Made by a program: the position numbers and the translations under genes. From Gammaproteobacteria bacterium (GTDB lineage: Bacteria > Pseudomonadota > Gammaproteobacteria > Xanthomonadales > SZUA-36): a stretch of DNA of 64,000 nt. The stretch's first letter is position 1. Each line of letters begins with the position of its first letter. Below are positions 48,545 through 62,500 of this stretch, piece after piece. Location: assembly GCA_030431095.1 (NCBI GenBank), contig JAUIJU010000002.1:22092-86091 (forward strand). The letters are read 5' to 3'. The notes beneath the pieces were generated by a model. The model was not told the DNA's origin, made no database searches, and saw nothing but the letters and a program-made list of their open reading frames with translations.

Positions 48545-48618
48545 TGGAGGCCAGGGTCGGAATCGAACCGGCGTACACGGCTTTGCAGGCCGCTGCATAA
48601 CCACTCTGCCACCTGGCC
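48545..48618 (-). tRNA. tRNA-Cys (anticodon GCA)
   Basis: Reverse complement GGCCAGGTGGCAGAGTGGTTATGCAGCGGCCTGCAAAGCCG..GGTTCGATTCCGACCCTGGCCTCCA; own TAGAAT -10 upstream. Confidence 0.97.
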
Positions 48619-48694
48619 ACAGGTGAAGGTGCGTGATTCTACACGCCCCGCCGCGGAGCGTCACCCCTGCCGGGGTTCGTATCCTGGCGGCATG

Positions 48695-48730
48695 AAAAAG
48701 CCCGGTGCTGTCGCCAGTACCGGGCTTTTC
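48695..48730 (-). terminator. Intrinsic (bidirectional-looking) terminator between tRNA-Gly and tRNA-Cys
   Basis: AAAAAGCCCGGTGCTG..CAGTACCGGGCTTTTC. Confidence 0.75.
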
Positions 48731-48739
48731 CCTGAATCT

Positions 48740-48815
48740 TGGAGCGGGTGATCGGGCTTGAACCGACGACCTTCTCGTTGGCAACGAGATGCTCTACCAG
48801 CTGAGCTACACCCGC
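48740..48815 (-). tRNA. tRNA-Gly (anticodon GCC)
   Basis: Reverse complement GCGGGTGTAGCTCAGCTGGTAGAGCATCTCGTTGCCAACGAGA..GGTTCAAGCCCGATCACCCGCTCCA. Confidence 0.97.
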
Positions 48816-48828
48816 GAAGAGGAGGCGT

Positions 48829-48856
48829 ATTGTAGTGCTTTACGCTTCCGTGTCAA
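48829..48856 (-). promoter_or_regulatory. Sigma70 promoter of tRNA-Gly
   Basis: TTGACA-16 bp-TACAAT on the minus strand. Confidence 0.75.
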
Positions 48857-48964
48857 CACCCCTTTCGAACTTCGCCCCCAGTCCCGTCAACCCGTGCGGC
48901 AGCGACCCTTTCGCGCCGCGAATGTCGTACAATACCGCCCTTTTCCGCAACCTGACAGGACCTC

Positions 48965-49183
48965 ATGGCCAAAGAAGACGTCATTGAAATGGAAGGCAAG
49001 GTGCTCGAAACCCTGCCCAACACCATGTTCCGCGTGGAGCTGGACAACGGGCACATCGTCACCGCCCACATTTCCGGCCGCATGCGCAAGAACTACATCC
49101 GCATCCTGACCGGCGACAAGGTCAAGGTGGAGCTGACCCCTTACGACCTGTCCAAGGGCCGTATCACCTACCGCATGAAGTAA
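48965..49183 (+). CDS. infA: Translation initiation factor IF-1
   Basis: [27 protein letters not shown]. Confidence 0.99.
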   Translation: MAKEDVIEMEGKVLETLPNTMFRVELDNGHIVTAHISGRMRKNYIRILTGDKVKVELTPYDLSKGRITYRMK

Positions 49184-49260
49184 GCCGGCCGGCTTGCCCC
49201 GCGGGGCCCCTGCCCCGCCCGGAAATTCCGAGTCTCGAATTGGGTAGTGCCTAGCAGGCC

Positions 49261-51555
49261 CTAGTTGTCCGTGGATGCAGGCAGCGCTTTCGGCGCGTCC
49301 GAACGTTTGCGGCTGTGCACCACCAGCTTCTCGCCTTCTTCGTCGAGGTCCACGCTGACTTCGCCGCCCTCGGCCAGTTCGCCGAACAGCAGGTCGTCGG
49401 CCAGGTTGCGCTTGATGTGCTCCTGGATGACGCGCTTCATGGGCCGCGCGCCCATCTTCGGGTCGAAGCCTTTCTCAGCCAGCCAGGCGCGCGCCTCGGA
49501 CGTCACCGACAGGCTCACATCCTTCTGCGCCAGCTGCGCCTCCAGCTCGAGAACGAACTTGTCCACGATCAGCAGGATGACCTCGAAGTCGAGGCTGCCG
49601 AACTGGATGATGGCGTCCAGGCGGTTGCGAAACTCGGGTGAAAACGCCTTGCGGATTACCTCCATCGAATCGCTGGCGTGGTCCTGCTCCATGAAGCCGA
49701 TGCTGCGCCGCGCGCTCTCACGGGCGCCGGCATTGGTGGTCATGATGATGATCACGTTGCGGAAGTCCGCCTCGCGCCCGTTGGCGTCGGTCAGTTTTCC
49801 GTGGTCCATGATCTGCAGCAGGATATTGAGCAGGTCCGGGTGAGCCTTCTCGATCTCGTCCAGCAACAGCACCGCGTGCGGCGTCTTGTTCACCGCCTCG
49901 GTCAGCAGGCCGCCCTGGTCGAAGCCCACGTAGCCCGGCGGCGCGCCCACCAGGCGTGACACCGAATGCGCCTCCATGTACTCGGACATGTCAAAGCGCA
50001 CCAGCTCGATGCCCATGATCATGGCCAGCTGGCGCGTGACCTCCGTCTTGCCCACACCCGTGGGGCCGGCAAACAGGAAGCTGCCGATGGGCTTGTCCTC
50101 GTCGCCCAGGCCGGAACGGGCCATCTTGATGGCCGCGGTCAGGGCGCCGATGGCGTCGTCCTGGCCAAAGACCACCAGCTTGAGGTCGCGGTCCAGGTTT
50201 TTCAGCGCGTCGCGATCGGAACGCGAGACCTGGCGCGGCGGGATGCGCGCCATGCGCGCGATGATTTCCTCGATGTCGTGCTCGTCCAGCACCTGCTTGC
50301 GCTCGTCCTCGGGCAGCAGCCGCTGGCGCGCGCCGGCCTCGTCGATAACGTCGATGGCCTTGTCCGGCAGGTGGCGGTCATTGATGTGGCGCCCGGCCAG
50401 CTCGGCGGCCGCGACCAGCGCCTCGTCCTCGTACTCCACGTGGTGGTGTTCCTCGAACCGGCTTTTCAGGCCGCGCAGAATTTCCACGGTCTCGGGAATG
50501 CTGGGCTCCACGATGTCGATTTTCTGAAAGCGCCGCGCCAGCGCGCGGTCCTTTTCGAACACCCCGCGAAATTCCTGGAAGGTGGTCGAGCCGATGCAGC
50601 GCAACTCACCGGAAGCCAGCACCGGCTTGATCAGGTTCGAGGCGTCCATCACCCCGCCCGAGGCGGCCCCGGCGCCGATGATGGTGTGAATCTCGTCGAT
50701 GAACAGGATGCCCCCTTCCTGGCGCTGCAGCTCGGCCAGCACGGCCTTGAGGCGCTTCTCGAAATCGCCGCGGTACTTGGTGCCGGCCAGCAATGCGCCG
50801 AGGTCCAGGGCGAAGATGGTGGCGTCTTCGAGCACCTCGGGTACGTCGCCCTCGACGATGCGCTTGGCCAGGCCTTCGGCCATGGCGGTCTTGCCCACGC
50901 CCGCCTCGCCCACGAACAGCGGGTTGTTCTTGCGCCGGCGGCACAAGACCTGGATGGTCCGCTCGATTTCCAGGTCGCGGCCGATCAGCGGGTCGATGTG
51001 CCCGGCAGCGGCGCGCTCGTTCAGGTTGGTGGCGTAAAGGTCCAGCGGACTTTGCGAGGCCTCGACGTTCTCTTCCACCGTTTCGGGCCCGGTGGCGGCG
51101 TCGGATGGCTCGGCCTCGCCCTCGATCTTGGCGATGCCGTGACTGACGTAGTTCACCACGTCCAGCCGGGTGATGTCGTTCTTGTTCAGCAGATAGGTCG
51201 CGTAGGAGTCCTTCTCGCTGAACAGGGCGATCAGCACGTTGGTGCCGGTCACTTCCTGCTTGCCGGACGACTGCACGTGGTACAGCGCGCGCTGCAGCAC
51301 CCGCTGGAAGCCGATGGTGGGCTGGGTGTCGCGACTGTCCTCGTCACCCAGCTCGGGCACGGTCTCGGCGATGACCTGCTTGATCTCCGCGCGCAGGCGT
51401 TCCAGGTCGGCGTTGCAGGCGGTGAGCACGCTGACCGCGGCCGAGTTGTCCAGCAGGGCCAGCAGCAGGTGCTCCACGGTCAGAAATTCGTGTCGCTTGC
51501 CGCGCGCCTCCTGGTAGGCCTCGCTGATGGTGATTTCCAGTTCCTTGCTGAACAT
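49261..51555 (-). CDS. clpA: ATP-dependent Clp protease ATP-binding subunit
   Basis: Two Walker A motifs (GEAGVGKT, GPTGVGKT), IGF loop, next to clpS. Confidence 0.97.
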   Translation of the reverse strand: MFSKELEITISEAYQEARGKRHEFLTVEHLLLALLDNSAAVSVLTACNADLERLRAEIKQVIAETVPELGDEDSRDTQPTIGFQRVLQRALYHVQSSGKQEVTGTNVLIALFSEKDSYATYLLNKNDITRLDVVNYVSHGIAKIEGEAEPSDAATGPETVEENVEASQSPLDLYATNLNERAAAGHIDPLIGRDLEIERTIQVLCRRRKNNPLFVGEAGVGKTAMAEGLAKRIVEGDVPEVLEDATIFALDLGALLAGTKYRGDFEKRLKAVLAELQRQEGGILFIDEIHTIIGAGAASGGVMDASNLIKPVLASGELRCIGSTTFQEFRGVFEKDRALARRFQKIDIVEPSIPETVEILRGLKSRFEEHHHVEYEDEALVAAAELAGRHINDRHLPDKAIDVIDEAGARQRLLPEDERKQVLDEHDIEEIIARMARIPPRQVSRSDRDALKNLDRDLKLVVFGQDDAIGALTAAIKMARSGLGDEDKPIGSFLFAGPTGVGKTEVTRQLAMIMGIELVRFDMSEYMEAHSVSRLVGAPPGYVGFDQGGLLTEAVNKTPHAVLLLDEIEKAHPDLLNILLQIMDHGKLTDANGREADFRNVIIIMTTNAGARESARRSIGFMEQDHASDSMEVIRKAFSPEFRNRLDAIIQFGSLDFEVILLIVDKFVLELEAQLAQKDVSLSVTSEARAWLAEKGFDPKMGARPMKRVIQEHIKRNLADDLLFGELAEGGEVSVDLDEEGEKLVVHSRKRSDAPKALPASTDN

Positions 51556-51627
51556 CGTTTCCCTACCTCTCAGAAGGTGAGACCCGCGGTGCGAGGAAGG
51601 GTTCGCTGGCGTCGACTGCCGATGACG

Positions 51628-51948
51628 TCAGGCCTTTTCCATGGTGCACTTGAGCGGATGCTCGTTCTGGCGCGAAAACTCGTTGACCTGGGCCACCTTG
51701 GTTTCCGCGATCTCGAATGTGAAGACGCCGCACACGCCCTTACCCCGGGTGTGTACGTGCAGCATGATCTGGGTGGCGCGGTCGTGCCCCATGTTGAAGA
51801 AGATCTTCAGCACGTCGACCACGAAATCCATGGGCGTGAAGTCGTCATTGAGCAGCACCACCTTGTACAGGGGGGGCTTGCGGACCTCCGGGCGCACCTC
51901 TTCGAGGGTGACCCCGCGGTCCTGGTGGGATTCGTTTTCCTTCGCCAT
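51628..51948 (-). CDS. clpS: Clp protease adaptor
   Basis: [21 protein letters not shown]. Confidence 0.97.
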   Translation of the reverse strand: MAKENESHQDRGVTLEEVRPEVRKPPLYKVVLLNDDFTPMDFVVDVLKIFFNMGHDRATQIMLHVHTRGKGVCGVFTFEIAETKVAQVNEFSRQNEHPLKCTMEKA

Positions 51949-52104
51949 GGCCTCGACAGTTTATCGCAGTCCAATTCGGGCTGAAAAGAATCTTGGGTCA
52001 GGACGAGGGCATTTCCAGCAGGCGCCGCGTGTCAGCGGTTTGCAATGTCACCGCCGCAACCCCATGTGCATTGCTGTCATGAAATGTGATTCGGAATCCC
52101 ACTC

Positions 52105-53226
52105 TTGAACGCCAGCGGCGAACTGATCATGGTGGCCATGTCCGGCGGTGTGGACTCGTCGGTCTCCGCCCTGCTCTTGCAGGATCGCGGTGAGCGCATT
52201 GCCGGCATGTTCATGAAAAACTGGGAAGAGGATGACCGCCACGGCGCCTGTCCCGCGGAGCAGGATGCCGAGGACGCCCGCGCAGTGGCCGCACGCATCG
52301 GCATCGAACTGCACACGCGCAACTTCGCCGATGAATACTGGGACAACGTGTTCGAAACCTTTCTTGCCGAGTATCGCGCCGGGCGCACCCCCAACCCGGA
52401 CATCCTGTGCAACCGCGAGATCAAGTTCAAAACCTTTCTCGAGCACGCTGAGGACCTCGGGGCGGAGACCATCGCCACCGGGCACTATTGCCGCACCGAA
52501 CTGCGCGACGGTCGGGCGCGTCTGCTGCGCGGCGTCGACGGCAACAAGGACCAGAGCTACTTCCTGTACGCGGTGGGCCACGAACAACTGGCCCGCACGC
52601 GATTTCCGGTGGGTGAACTGGAAAAGCCCGCGGTGCGCGAGCGCGCCGAGGCCGCCGGCCTGGCCGTGCACGACAAGAGGGACAGCACCGGCATCTGCTT
52701 CATCGGCGAACGTGATTTCAAGGGCTTCCTGGCGCAGTACCTGGACACGCAACCCGGTGAGATCCAGACGCCGGAAGGCCAGGTCATCGGCCGACACCAG
52801 GGGCTGGCCTTTCACACCCTGGGCCAACGCCAGGGCCTGGGCATCGGCGGCGTCAGTGGGCACCCCGACGCACCGTGGTACGTCCTGCACAAGGACCTGG
52901 ACAACAACGTGCTCTATGCCGGCCAGGGACACGACCACCCCTGGCTGCTGTCCACCCGCGTGAGCGCCGAACAACTGACCTGGGTCAGCGGCGAAGCGCC
53001 GTCCGCCGGCGCGCGCCTGGGCGCCAAGCTGCGCTACCGGCAGGCCGACCAGGCCTGCACGGTGGAAACCATCGACGACGAACGCCTGGTGGTGGTCTTC
53101 GACACGCCCCAGCGCGCCGCTACCCCCGGCCAGTCGCTGGTGCTCTATGACGGCGACGAGTGCCTCGGCGGCGGCATTATCGACGCCTGCGACGCGCCGC
53201 CGGTGCCACCGGAGCAACGCCCGTGA
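52105..53226 (+). CDS. mnmA: tRNA 2-thiouridylase
   Basis: [31 protein letters not shown]. Confidence 0.97.
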   Translation: MNASGELIMVAMSGGVDSSVSALLLQDRGERIAGMFMKNWEEDDRHGACPAEQDAEDARAVAARIGIELHTRNFADEYWDNVFETFLAEYRAGRTPNPDILCNREIKFKTFLEHAEDLGAETIATGHYCRTELRDGRARLLRGVDGNKDQSYFLYAVGHEQLARTRFPVGELEKPAVRERAEAAGLAVHDKRDSTGICFIGERDFKGFLAQYLDTQPGEIQTPEGQVIGRHQGLAFHTLGQRQGLGIGGVSGHPDAPWYVLHKDLDNNVLYAGQGHDHPWLLSTRVSAEQLTWVSGEAPSAGARLGAKLRYRQADQACTVETIDDERLVVVFDTPQRAATPGQSLVLYDGDECLGGGIIDACDAPPVPPEQRP

Positions 53227-53831
53227 ACGAACAGGTGCTCGCACTTTCCGGCGTGTTCCAGGCCACCGAGCTGGTGCGCCAGGCCGCGCAACACGGCGCC
53301 TGGTCTGGCTACGCCGCCAGCGCCAGCCTGCAGAGCCTGTTCCGCCTGGAGTCGGACAGCGTGGACGAGATCTACGGCGATCTCGGACGCATGCGCCTGG
53401 GCCTGGAAACCCTGGTCGCGGTGCTCGGTGGCGAAGGCGCCAACGGGCAGAGCCTGCAGATGGCGGTTGGCCTGTTGCAGGTCCAGCGAAAATTCACCCG
53501 CGACACGGCGATGATGAACGAGGTGGGTGAAACGCTGGCGCGAATCCAACGCGATGCCGCCGACCTGGAAGAGCACGAGCGGGAAGATTTCCAGACCGAG
53601 GCCGTTGCCGAACTGTACACACACACCGTGTCCGGGCTGACGCCGCGCATCGTGGTCAACGGACGACCGCAACACCTGCAGAATCCGCGTACCGTGAACT
53701 GGATCCGTTCGCTGTTGTTCGCCGGGCTGCGCTCCGCGGTGCTGTGGCAACAACTCGGGGGCAGTCGATTCCGCCTGCTGTTCGGACGCAAGGGATTGTT
53801 ACGTGACGCGCGCGAATGCCTGCACGGATGA
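53223..53831 (+). CDS. hflD: High-frequency lysogenization protein HflD
   Basis: GTG start overlapping the mnmA stop; [35 protein letters not shown]. Confidence 0.92.
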   Translation: MNEQVLALSGVFQATELVRQAAQHGAWSGYAASASLQSLFRLESDSVDEIYGDLGRMRLGLETLVAVLGGEGANGQSLQMAVGLLQVQRKFTRDTAMMNEVGETLARIQRDAADLEEHEREDFQTEAVAELYTHTVSGLTPRIVVNGRPQHLQNPRTVNWIRSLLFAGLRSAVLWQQLGGSRFRLLFGRKGLLRDARECLHG

Positions 53832-53925
53832 TCCCGGACACCCTGTGAACCCGTTGGCGAATCGGCGATAATAGGCGGTTCTCCGACACCCAAGTTTCAT
53901 TAGGCAAATTTCCCTGGAGCACCGC

Positions 53926-56691
<2,766 letters not shown>

Positions 56692-56715
56692 ACCGCTGCG
56701 TTTCACGGCAATCGC

Positions 56716-56744
56716 AAGGGCGCCCACGTGGCGCCCTTTTTTTT
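56716..56744 (+). terminator. Rho-independent terminator after acnA
   Basis: AAGGGCGCC-cacgt-GGCGCCCTT followed by a T-run. Confidence 0.88.
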
Positions 56745-56818
56745 GCTGTGAGCCACTTCATTGATGCGGTCACCGCCAGGGGCTAGTCTCTCGGGATACG
56801 AAGCGGGGGAGCCGCCAC

Positions 56819-59506
56819 TTGTCGGACGCTCATGAACGTCACCTTAAGGAACTCCTGGACCAGGCCATGGCGCTGGAGGGCCGGGCGCGGCAACGTTTCG
56901 TGGAGGCGCATTGCGCGCAGGACAGCGAACTGCGCGAGGCGCTGGAAACCTTGCTGGGCCAGGAGGACGAAACCCTGGTCGCGCCCCTGATCGAGCGCTT
57001 CGGCGAAGCCCGCCGCGGCGGGGGCCTGGAAGACACCACCATCGGCGCCTACCACCTGCTGCGCCGCATCGGCGCCGGCGGCATGGGTTCGGTGTACCTG
57101 GCCGAGCGCGCCGACGGCACCTTTGAACGCAGGGTGGCCCTGAAGGTGGTCAAGCGGGGCATGGATTCCGAATCCGTGCTGCGCCGCTTCGAGCAGGAAC
57201 GCCAGATCCTGGCCCGCCTCAATCACCCCAACATCGCGGGCCTGCTTGACGGCGGCATGACCGGGGACGGGCGTCCCTACTTCGTGATGGAGTACGTGGA
57301 TGGCGTACCCATCACGCGCTACTGCGACCAGCATCGCCTCAACGTGGCGCAGCGTCTGCACGTGTTCCAGGACGTGTGCCAGGCCGTGCACCACGCCCAC
57401 CAGTCGCTGATCATCCACCGCGACCTGAAGCCCTCCAACATCCTGGTCACACCGGACGGCACGGTCAAACTGCTGGATTTCGGCATCGCCAAGGTGCTGG
57501 ACGACACCGAATCCCCGGACCTGACCTCCACCGGCATGCAGGTGCTCACACCGGCCTACGCAGCGCCCGAACAGCTCCGTGGCGAGGCGCTGACCACCGC
57601 AGTGGACATTTACGCCCTGGGCGTGGTGCTGTACGAGTTGCTGACCGGCGCGCGTCCCTTCGAGGCCCGGCTCAAGCCCGCGGAACTGCGCGAAATGATC
57701 CTGACCAGCGAGCCGGAAAAGCCCAGCACCGTGGTGGCCCAGGCGCCGGCGGACGACGACGGCAGACCCGACACGCAAACCATCGAGCAACGCGTGGAGC
57801 GGCGCTCCATGACCCTGCAGCGTCTGCGCCAGGCGCTGTCGGGCGACCTCGACACCATTTGCCTGATGGCCCTGCGCAAGGCGCCGGAATCGCGCTATCG
57901 CTCCAGCGAACAGATGGCGGAGGATCTGCAGCGCCACCTGGAGGGCCAGCCGGTGCGCGCCCGGCCCGACTCGCTGACCTATCGCCTGAAGAAATTCACC
58001 CGGCGACACCGCGCCGGTATCGGCCTGACCGTGCTGGTGATCGCCGCCATTGCGTCGCTGGTCACCTATTACACCCGGCAACTGGCGCATGAGCGAGACG
58101 CCGCCCTGGCCGAACAGGCGCGCACCGCGCAGGTGGTGGACTTCGTGATCGGGCTGTTCACCGTGTCCGATCCGGCCGAATCCCGCGGCGCGGACATCAC
58201 CGCGCGGGAACTGCTCGAGGCCGGCGCCCGCGACATCGAGACCGGCCTGACCGACCAGCCGGACCTGCAGGCCACCATGCGCCAGGTGCTTGGTGGCGTG
58301 TTCTACGAACTGAACGAAGCGGAACGGGCCGAGGAACTGCTGGAGCCCGCCCTGGAGACACAGCGCGAACTTCCCGGCGCCGAGCTGGACGCCGCCACCA
58401 CCGAACTGATGCTGGCGCGCATCGCCCAGGACCGAGGTGACTACGAGGAGGCCGGCGAGATCATGCGCCGCGCGCTGGCCCTGCGCCGGGCGCAACTGGA
58501 GGCGCCGCACGTGCTGATCATCGAGGCGATCAGCGACCTGGCGTTTCTCGAGGAGACGCTGGTCAACCTGGAAGCCGCCGGCGAACTGCATGCCGAGGCC
58601 CTGGCCATGGCGCGCGACATGCACCCGGAAGATCATCTGACCGTGGCCCAGATGATGGCCGACCTGGCGGGCTTCCACCGCACCCAGGACCGGCCCGACC
58701 TGGCCGAGCCCCTGCTGCGCGACGGCATCGCCATGCTCGGACGGCTGTACGACGGCGAGCACCCCCAGACCGCCAAGATGCAGCGACAGCTGGCCGGCCT
58801 GCTGCGCAACACGGGCCGCTTCGATGAGGCCGAACCGCTGTACCGGGACACCATCGACCTGCAGACCCGCATGCTGGGCGCGGACCACTATGAACTGGCC
58901 GTCACCTGGAACAGCTATTCACAGTTGCTGACCGACATGGGCCGTCACGAAGAAGGCGTGGAGGCCAACCAGACCTTCATCGCCATCGTGGAAAACGCCT
59001 ACGATGGCCCGCATCCCAGCCTGGGCGCGGCCTACAACAACCTGGCCTGGATGCTCATGGATCTCGAAAGGGAAGAAGAAGCACGCCAGAACTTCTTGAA
59101 ATCACTGGCTATGCAGGACGCCGTAGACCTCCCTCCGGATCACCTGAACCGCACCTTCCCGACTTCGGGCATCGCCAAGATTTACCGACGCCAGGGCCGT
59201 CTGGACGAAGCTGAAACCCTGTATCGGGACATGTTGGCCATCCGTATGAACGTGCTGGAGGAAGACCATCGCCTGGTGTCCGAGCTCAAGACCAACCTGG
59301 CCAGCACCCTGATGGAACAGCAGCGCTACGACGAAGCCGAGGTGCTGCTGCTGGACGCGAAGGAACGCCTGGTGCGCGATCGCGGCCCGGAGGACATGCG
59401 CAGCCAGGACGCCATCGGCCTGCTGATCCGCCTGTACGAGGCCACCGGGCGCGAGGCCGAGGCAACGGCCCTGCGGCCCCTGTTTACCGGCAAGGTTCGC
59501 GATTGA
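56819..59506 (+). CDS. Hanks-type Ser/Thr kinase with TM helix and TPR repeats
   Basis: GAGGMG, VALK, HRDLKPSN, DFG, TPAYAAPE; TM; HP-type TPR repeats; TTG start after GGGGAG. Confidence 0.92.
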   Translation: MSDAHERHLKELLDQAMALEGRARQRFVEAHCAQDSELREALETLLGQEDETLVAPLIERFGEARRGGGLEDTTIGAYHLLRRIGAGGMGSVYLAERADGTFERRVALKVVKRGMDSESVLRRFEQERQILARLNHPNIAGLLDGGMTGDGRPYFVMEYVDGVPITRYCDQHRLNVAQRLHVFQDVCQAVHHAHQSLIIHRDLKPSNILVTPDGTVKLLDFGIAKVLDDTESPDLTSTGMQVLTPAYAAPEQLRGEALTTAVDIYALGVVLYELLTGARPFEARLKPAELREMILTSEPEKPSTVVAQAPADDDGRPDTQTIEQRVERRSMTLQRLRQALSGDLDTICLMALRKAPESRYRSSEQMAEDLQRHLEGQPVRARPDSLTYRLKKFTRRHRAGIGLTVLVIAAIASLVTYYTRQLAHERDAALAEQARTAQVVDFVIGLFTVSDPAESRGADITARELLEAGARDIETGLTDQPDLQATMRQVLGGVFYELNEAERAEELLEPALETQRELPGAELDAATTELMLARIAQDRGDYEEAGEIMRRALALRRAQLEAPHVLIIEAISDLAFLEETLVNLEAAGELHAEALAMARDMHPEDHLTVAQMMADLAGFHRTQDRPDLAEPLLRDGIAMLGRLYDGEHPQTAKMQRQLAGLLRNTGRFDEAEPLYRDTIDLQTRMLGADHYELAVTWNSYSQLLTDMGRHEEGVEANQTFIAIVENAYDGPHPSLGAAYNNLAWMLMDLEREEEARQNFLKSLAMQDAVDLPPDHLNRTFPTSGIAKIYRRQGRLDEAETLYRDMLAIRMNVLEEDHRLVSELKTNLASTLMEQQRYDEAEVLLLDAKERLVRDRGPEDMRSQDAIGLLIRLYEATGREAEATALRPLFTGKVRD

Positions 59507-59578
59507 CACGTGCGACCGGCCACACAAACAACAGGCGCGGCGCGCAACAAAACCGTCAATGAAGTGACCCGGCCTGGA

Positions 59579-62500
59579 TCAACGGGCGCCCCACCGACGC
59601 CACGGCGTTACCACCCTGAGCGATTCCTCGGCCTGGCGTAGCGCCTCGCGGCTGCCCCCGGGCAGGGGCTCGACCTGTTCACCCAGCAGACGGGCCGCCG
59701 GCAGGCCGTCTTCCAGCAAAATCCGGTTGCCGGCCTGGGCCGGGGTCTTGGGGCCGGGCACGATGATGCCGCCCAGGTTCAGCGGGTCCGCGGCGGCGAT
59801 CGATGCATAGGATGGCCGCGCGGCAGACTCCAGGCACTGGCGCAGCAGACCCACCGCCTCGGGCAGGGCGAACTGCTCACCGGAAAAGCCGTCCACGAAC
59901 CGCCCACCCAGCGCTTCGCCCCGGTCTTCCATGCGCCGCAGGTAGCGCAGCAGATCCCGCCAGGGCGGCAACAGGGGTTCGCGCTGGATCACGGCACGAA
60001 AGACCACGCCGTAGCGGCGCAGCAGGGCGTCACAGATCACGCCGAGCCTGGCCTGGTGGCGAGCCTGTCCGGGCGTACCGGATTCGGGGTCCAGCGGTCG
60101 CAACAGGCTCCAGCGTCCCACCGGCGCCAGCGCCCTGCCCCGCCCGCGCGCCATGCGTTGTCGCGCCCGGGTTTTCTGGCGGTCGGGTCGCAACAGCCAG
60201 CGCAGGGGCGAAAACGCGTCCGCGGTGACCTCCCCGGCATAGACCAGGGCCTTGAGGCCTTCCTCCAGCTGTGGGGCCAGCAGGCCGCTGGCCCGCTCCA
60301 GGTCGGGCATGAACGTGGCGCCCTGGCGGTCGAGAATCTCGCGGATGCGTTCGGCGTACGCGCTTTCCGGCGACGCCACGGTGCCACCTTCCTGCGTGCT
60401 GGACTCCTCGAGTCCGCGCCAGTCGTCCAGCCGCCCGCGCGGCACAAGGGCCACCGGCGAAGCGGCCACCACTTGGCGCTTGCCGTCGCCGGCCAGCAGG
60501 GGCCGAAACCAGGCCAGTTCGCCGCTGAGAAACCGCTGGTCGAGCGAGGACGGATCGGGGTCCTTTACCCGGCAACGCAGCAGGCCGTTTTCCCAGGCAT
60601 CCACCGGTGCGGACCAGCCTTCCAGGCGCTCCAGCGCCTGGTCCAGGCTGGCCGGGTCGTCAAGGGCATGCCAACGCGCCAGGAAGCGCATGAACACTTG
60701 CGGGCTGACCGGTTTGACCGCTTTGCGCCGCTGCTCCCGGCTGTATCGATGGATGCGCGCCAGCAGCCGGCGCTCGCACCACAGGTCGGCGACGCCGGCC
60801 TGCTCCATGCGGATGACGTAGCCCTGCCCCTGCAGCCGGACCAGGGCCGCATCCATGTGTTCGCGGTCCACGGCCAGCGCCACGGCCAGCTGGCCGCGGG
60901 TAACCGGACCCAGGCCGGCCAGGCGATCGCGCACCAGCGCCACCAGCGCGTCGTCGGCCGCCCACGCGTCATCGAAGCCGGGCGCCGGGGCGATGGCCGG
61001 CGTGGCCACGGCACCAGGGTGCAGCGCCCGCCACTCGGCCAGGCGTTCAGCCGCCACCCACAGCACCTCGCCCCCCGATGTGCGCAACGTGGTGGCGCGG
61101 TGTTCCTCTTTCAGCGCCTCGAACCAGGCCGGCCAGCGACGCGCGTCGCCCGGCGCCCCGGTCAGGGAATTGCCCGTGCTGAATTCGGCCTGCGCCAGGC
61201 CACCGAACTGCACCAGCAGGTCATGCAATTCATCCGGGCCGCGTGGACGCGACCAGGCCTCGTCTCGTACTTGCTCACGCGCCGCCTGGCTGACGATGCG
61301 CAGGGTGGCGGCCTTGCCCAGGTCGGCCGGGGAGCCGCTGATGGCGCGGGTGCGGCGCTCCTCCGCTTCGCCGTCGTCGAGGAAGGCGTAGGGTTTGGCG
61401 TTGATCACTTCCTGGGCCAGCGGCGAAGGGTCGGTCAGGTCCGCGCAGCGAATCTCGATACCGCCCTCGCGCAGGCGCCCGAGCACCGCCACCAGGCCGT
61501 CGATGTCCATGGTGTCGCGCAGGCAATCGTCGATGGTCTGACGTACCAGCGGGTGGTCGGGAATCTCGCGCGCGCCGGCCAGGTTCTCGGCGCAGGCGAT
61601 CTGGTCGGGAAACACCACGGACACCAGGTCCTCTGCCTGGTTGCGCTGCCACTGCGCAGGCAGTCGCTTGCCATTGCGCATGCGCTGCACGGCAAGGGCG
61701 ATGGTGGCGTTCCAGCGCCAGCGCGCCTCGAACATGGGCGCGTCCAGCAGGGCCTGCACCAGCACCTGCTCCACGGTCTCGGGCTTGAGGTATTTCATGA
61801 CCGAGGCCAGGTCGAAGCTGTGCGTTTCACCCAGGCTGAGAATCAGGCAGTCTTCCAGCGCGGCGGCCTGCAGCTCGAAATTGAACTGGCGACAGAATCG
61901 TTTGCGCAGGCTTAGCCCCCAGGCGCGCATGATGCGTGAGCCCAGGGTGGCGTGCAGCACCAGGTGCATGTCGCCGGTGTCGTCGAAGAAGCGCTCCAGC
62001 ACCACCCGATCACGCGTGGGCAGGCAATCCAGGGCCTGCCAGGCGGCGTGCAGGTAGGCCACCAGTTGTTCGCTGACGGACGGATCAAAACCCTCGGCAC
62101 GCAGCAGCGCATGCCCCGCCGGCTCGCCTCCCGATTCGAACGCCCCGGCGAGATTTTCGCGCAGCTGCGCCACGGCCGCGCTGAGCTCGTCGCTGCGCCC
62201 TGGTCGGTCGCCGAACCAGAACGGCAGGGTCGGCGGCTCGCCGTGGGCGTCTTCGACCAGCACCCGGCTCTGGTCGGTTTTCAGGATGCGGTAGCTGTTG
62301 TTGCCCAGCTGAAAGATGTCGCCGGGAATGCTTTCAAAGGAAAAATCCTCGCCCAGGGTGCCGATGCGATGGCCGCCGGGCATCAGGATCACGTCATAGT
62401 CGAACTGGTCCGGAATCGCGCCGCCGTTCTGCAGGGCGGTCAGTCGTGCGGCCGGTCGGGCGCGCAGGCGCTGGTTGACCGGGTCGTGGTAGACCCAGGC

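Noticed and set aside
24930-48560. Intact prophage or ICE between the tRNAs
   Set aside because: No integrase, phage or conjugation genes; no convincing duplicate of either tRNA 3' end (only short chance matches such as CCCGGGCACCA inside CDS)
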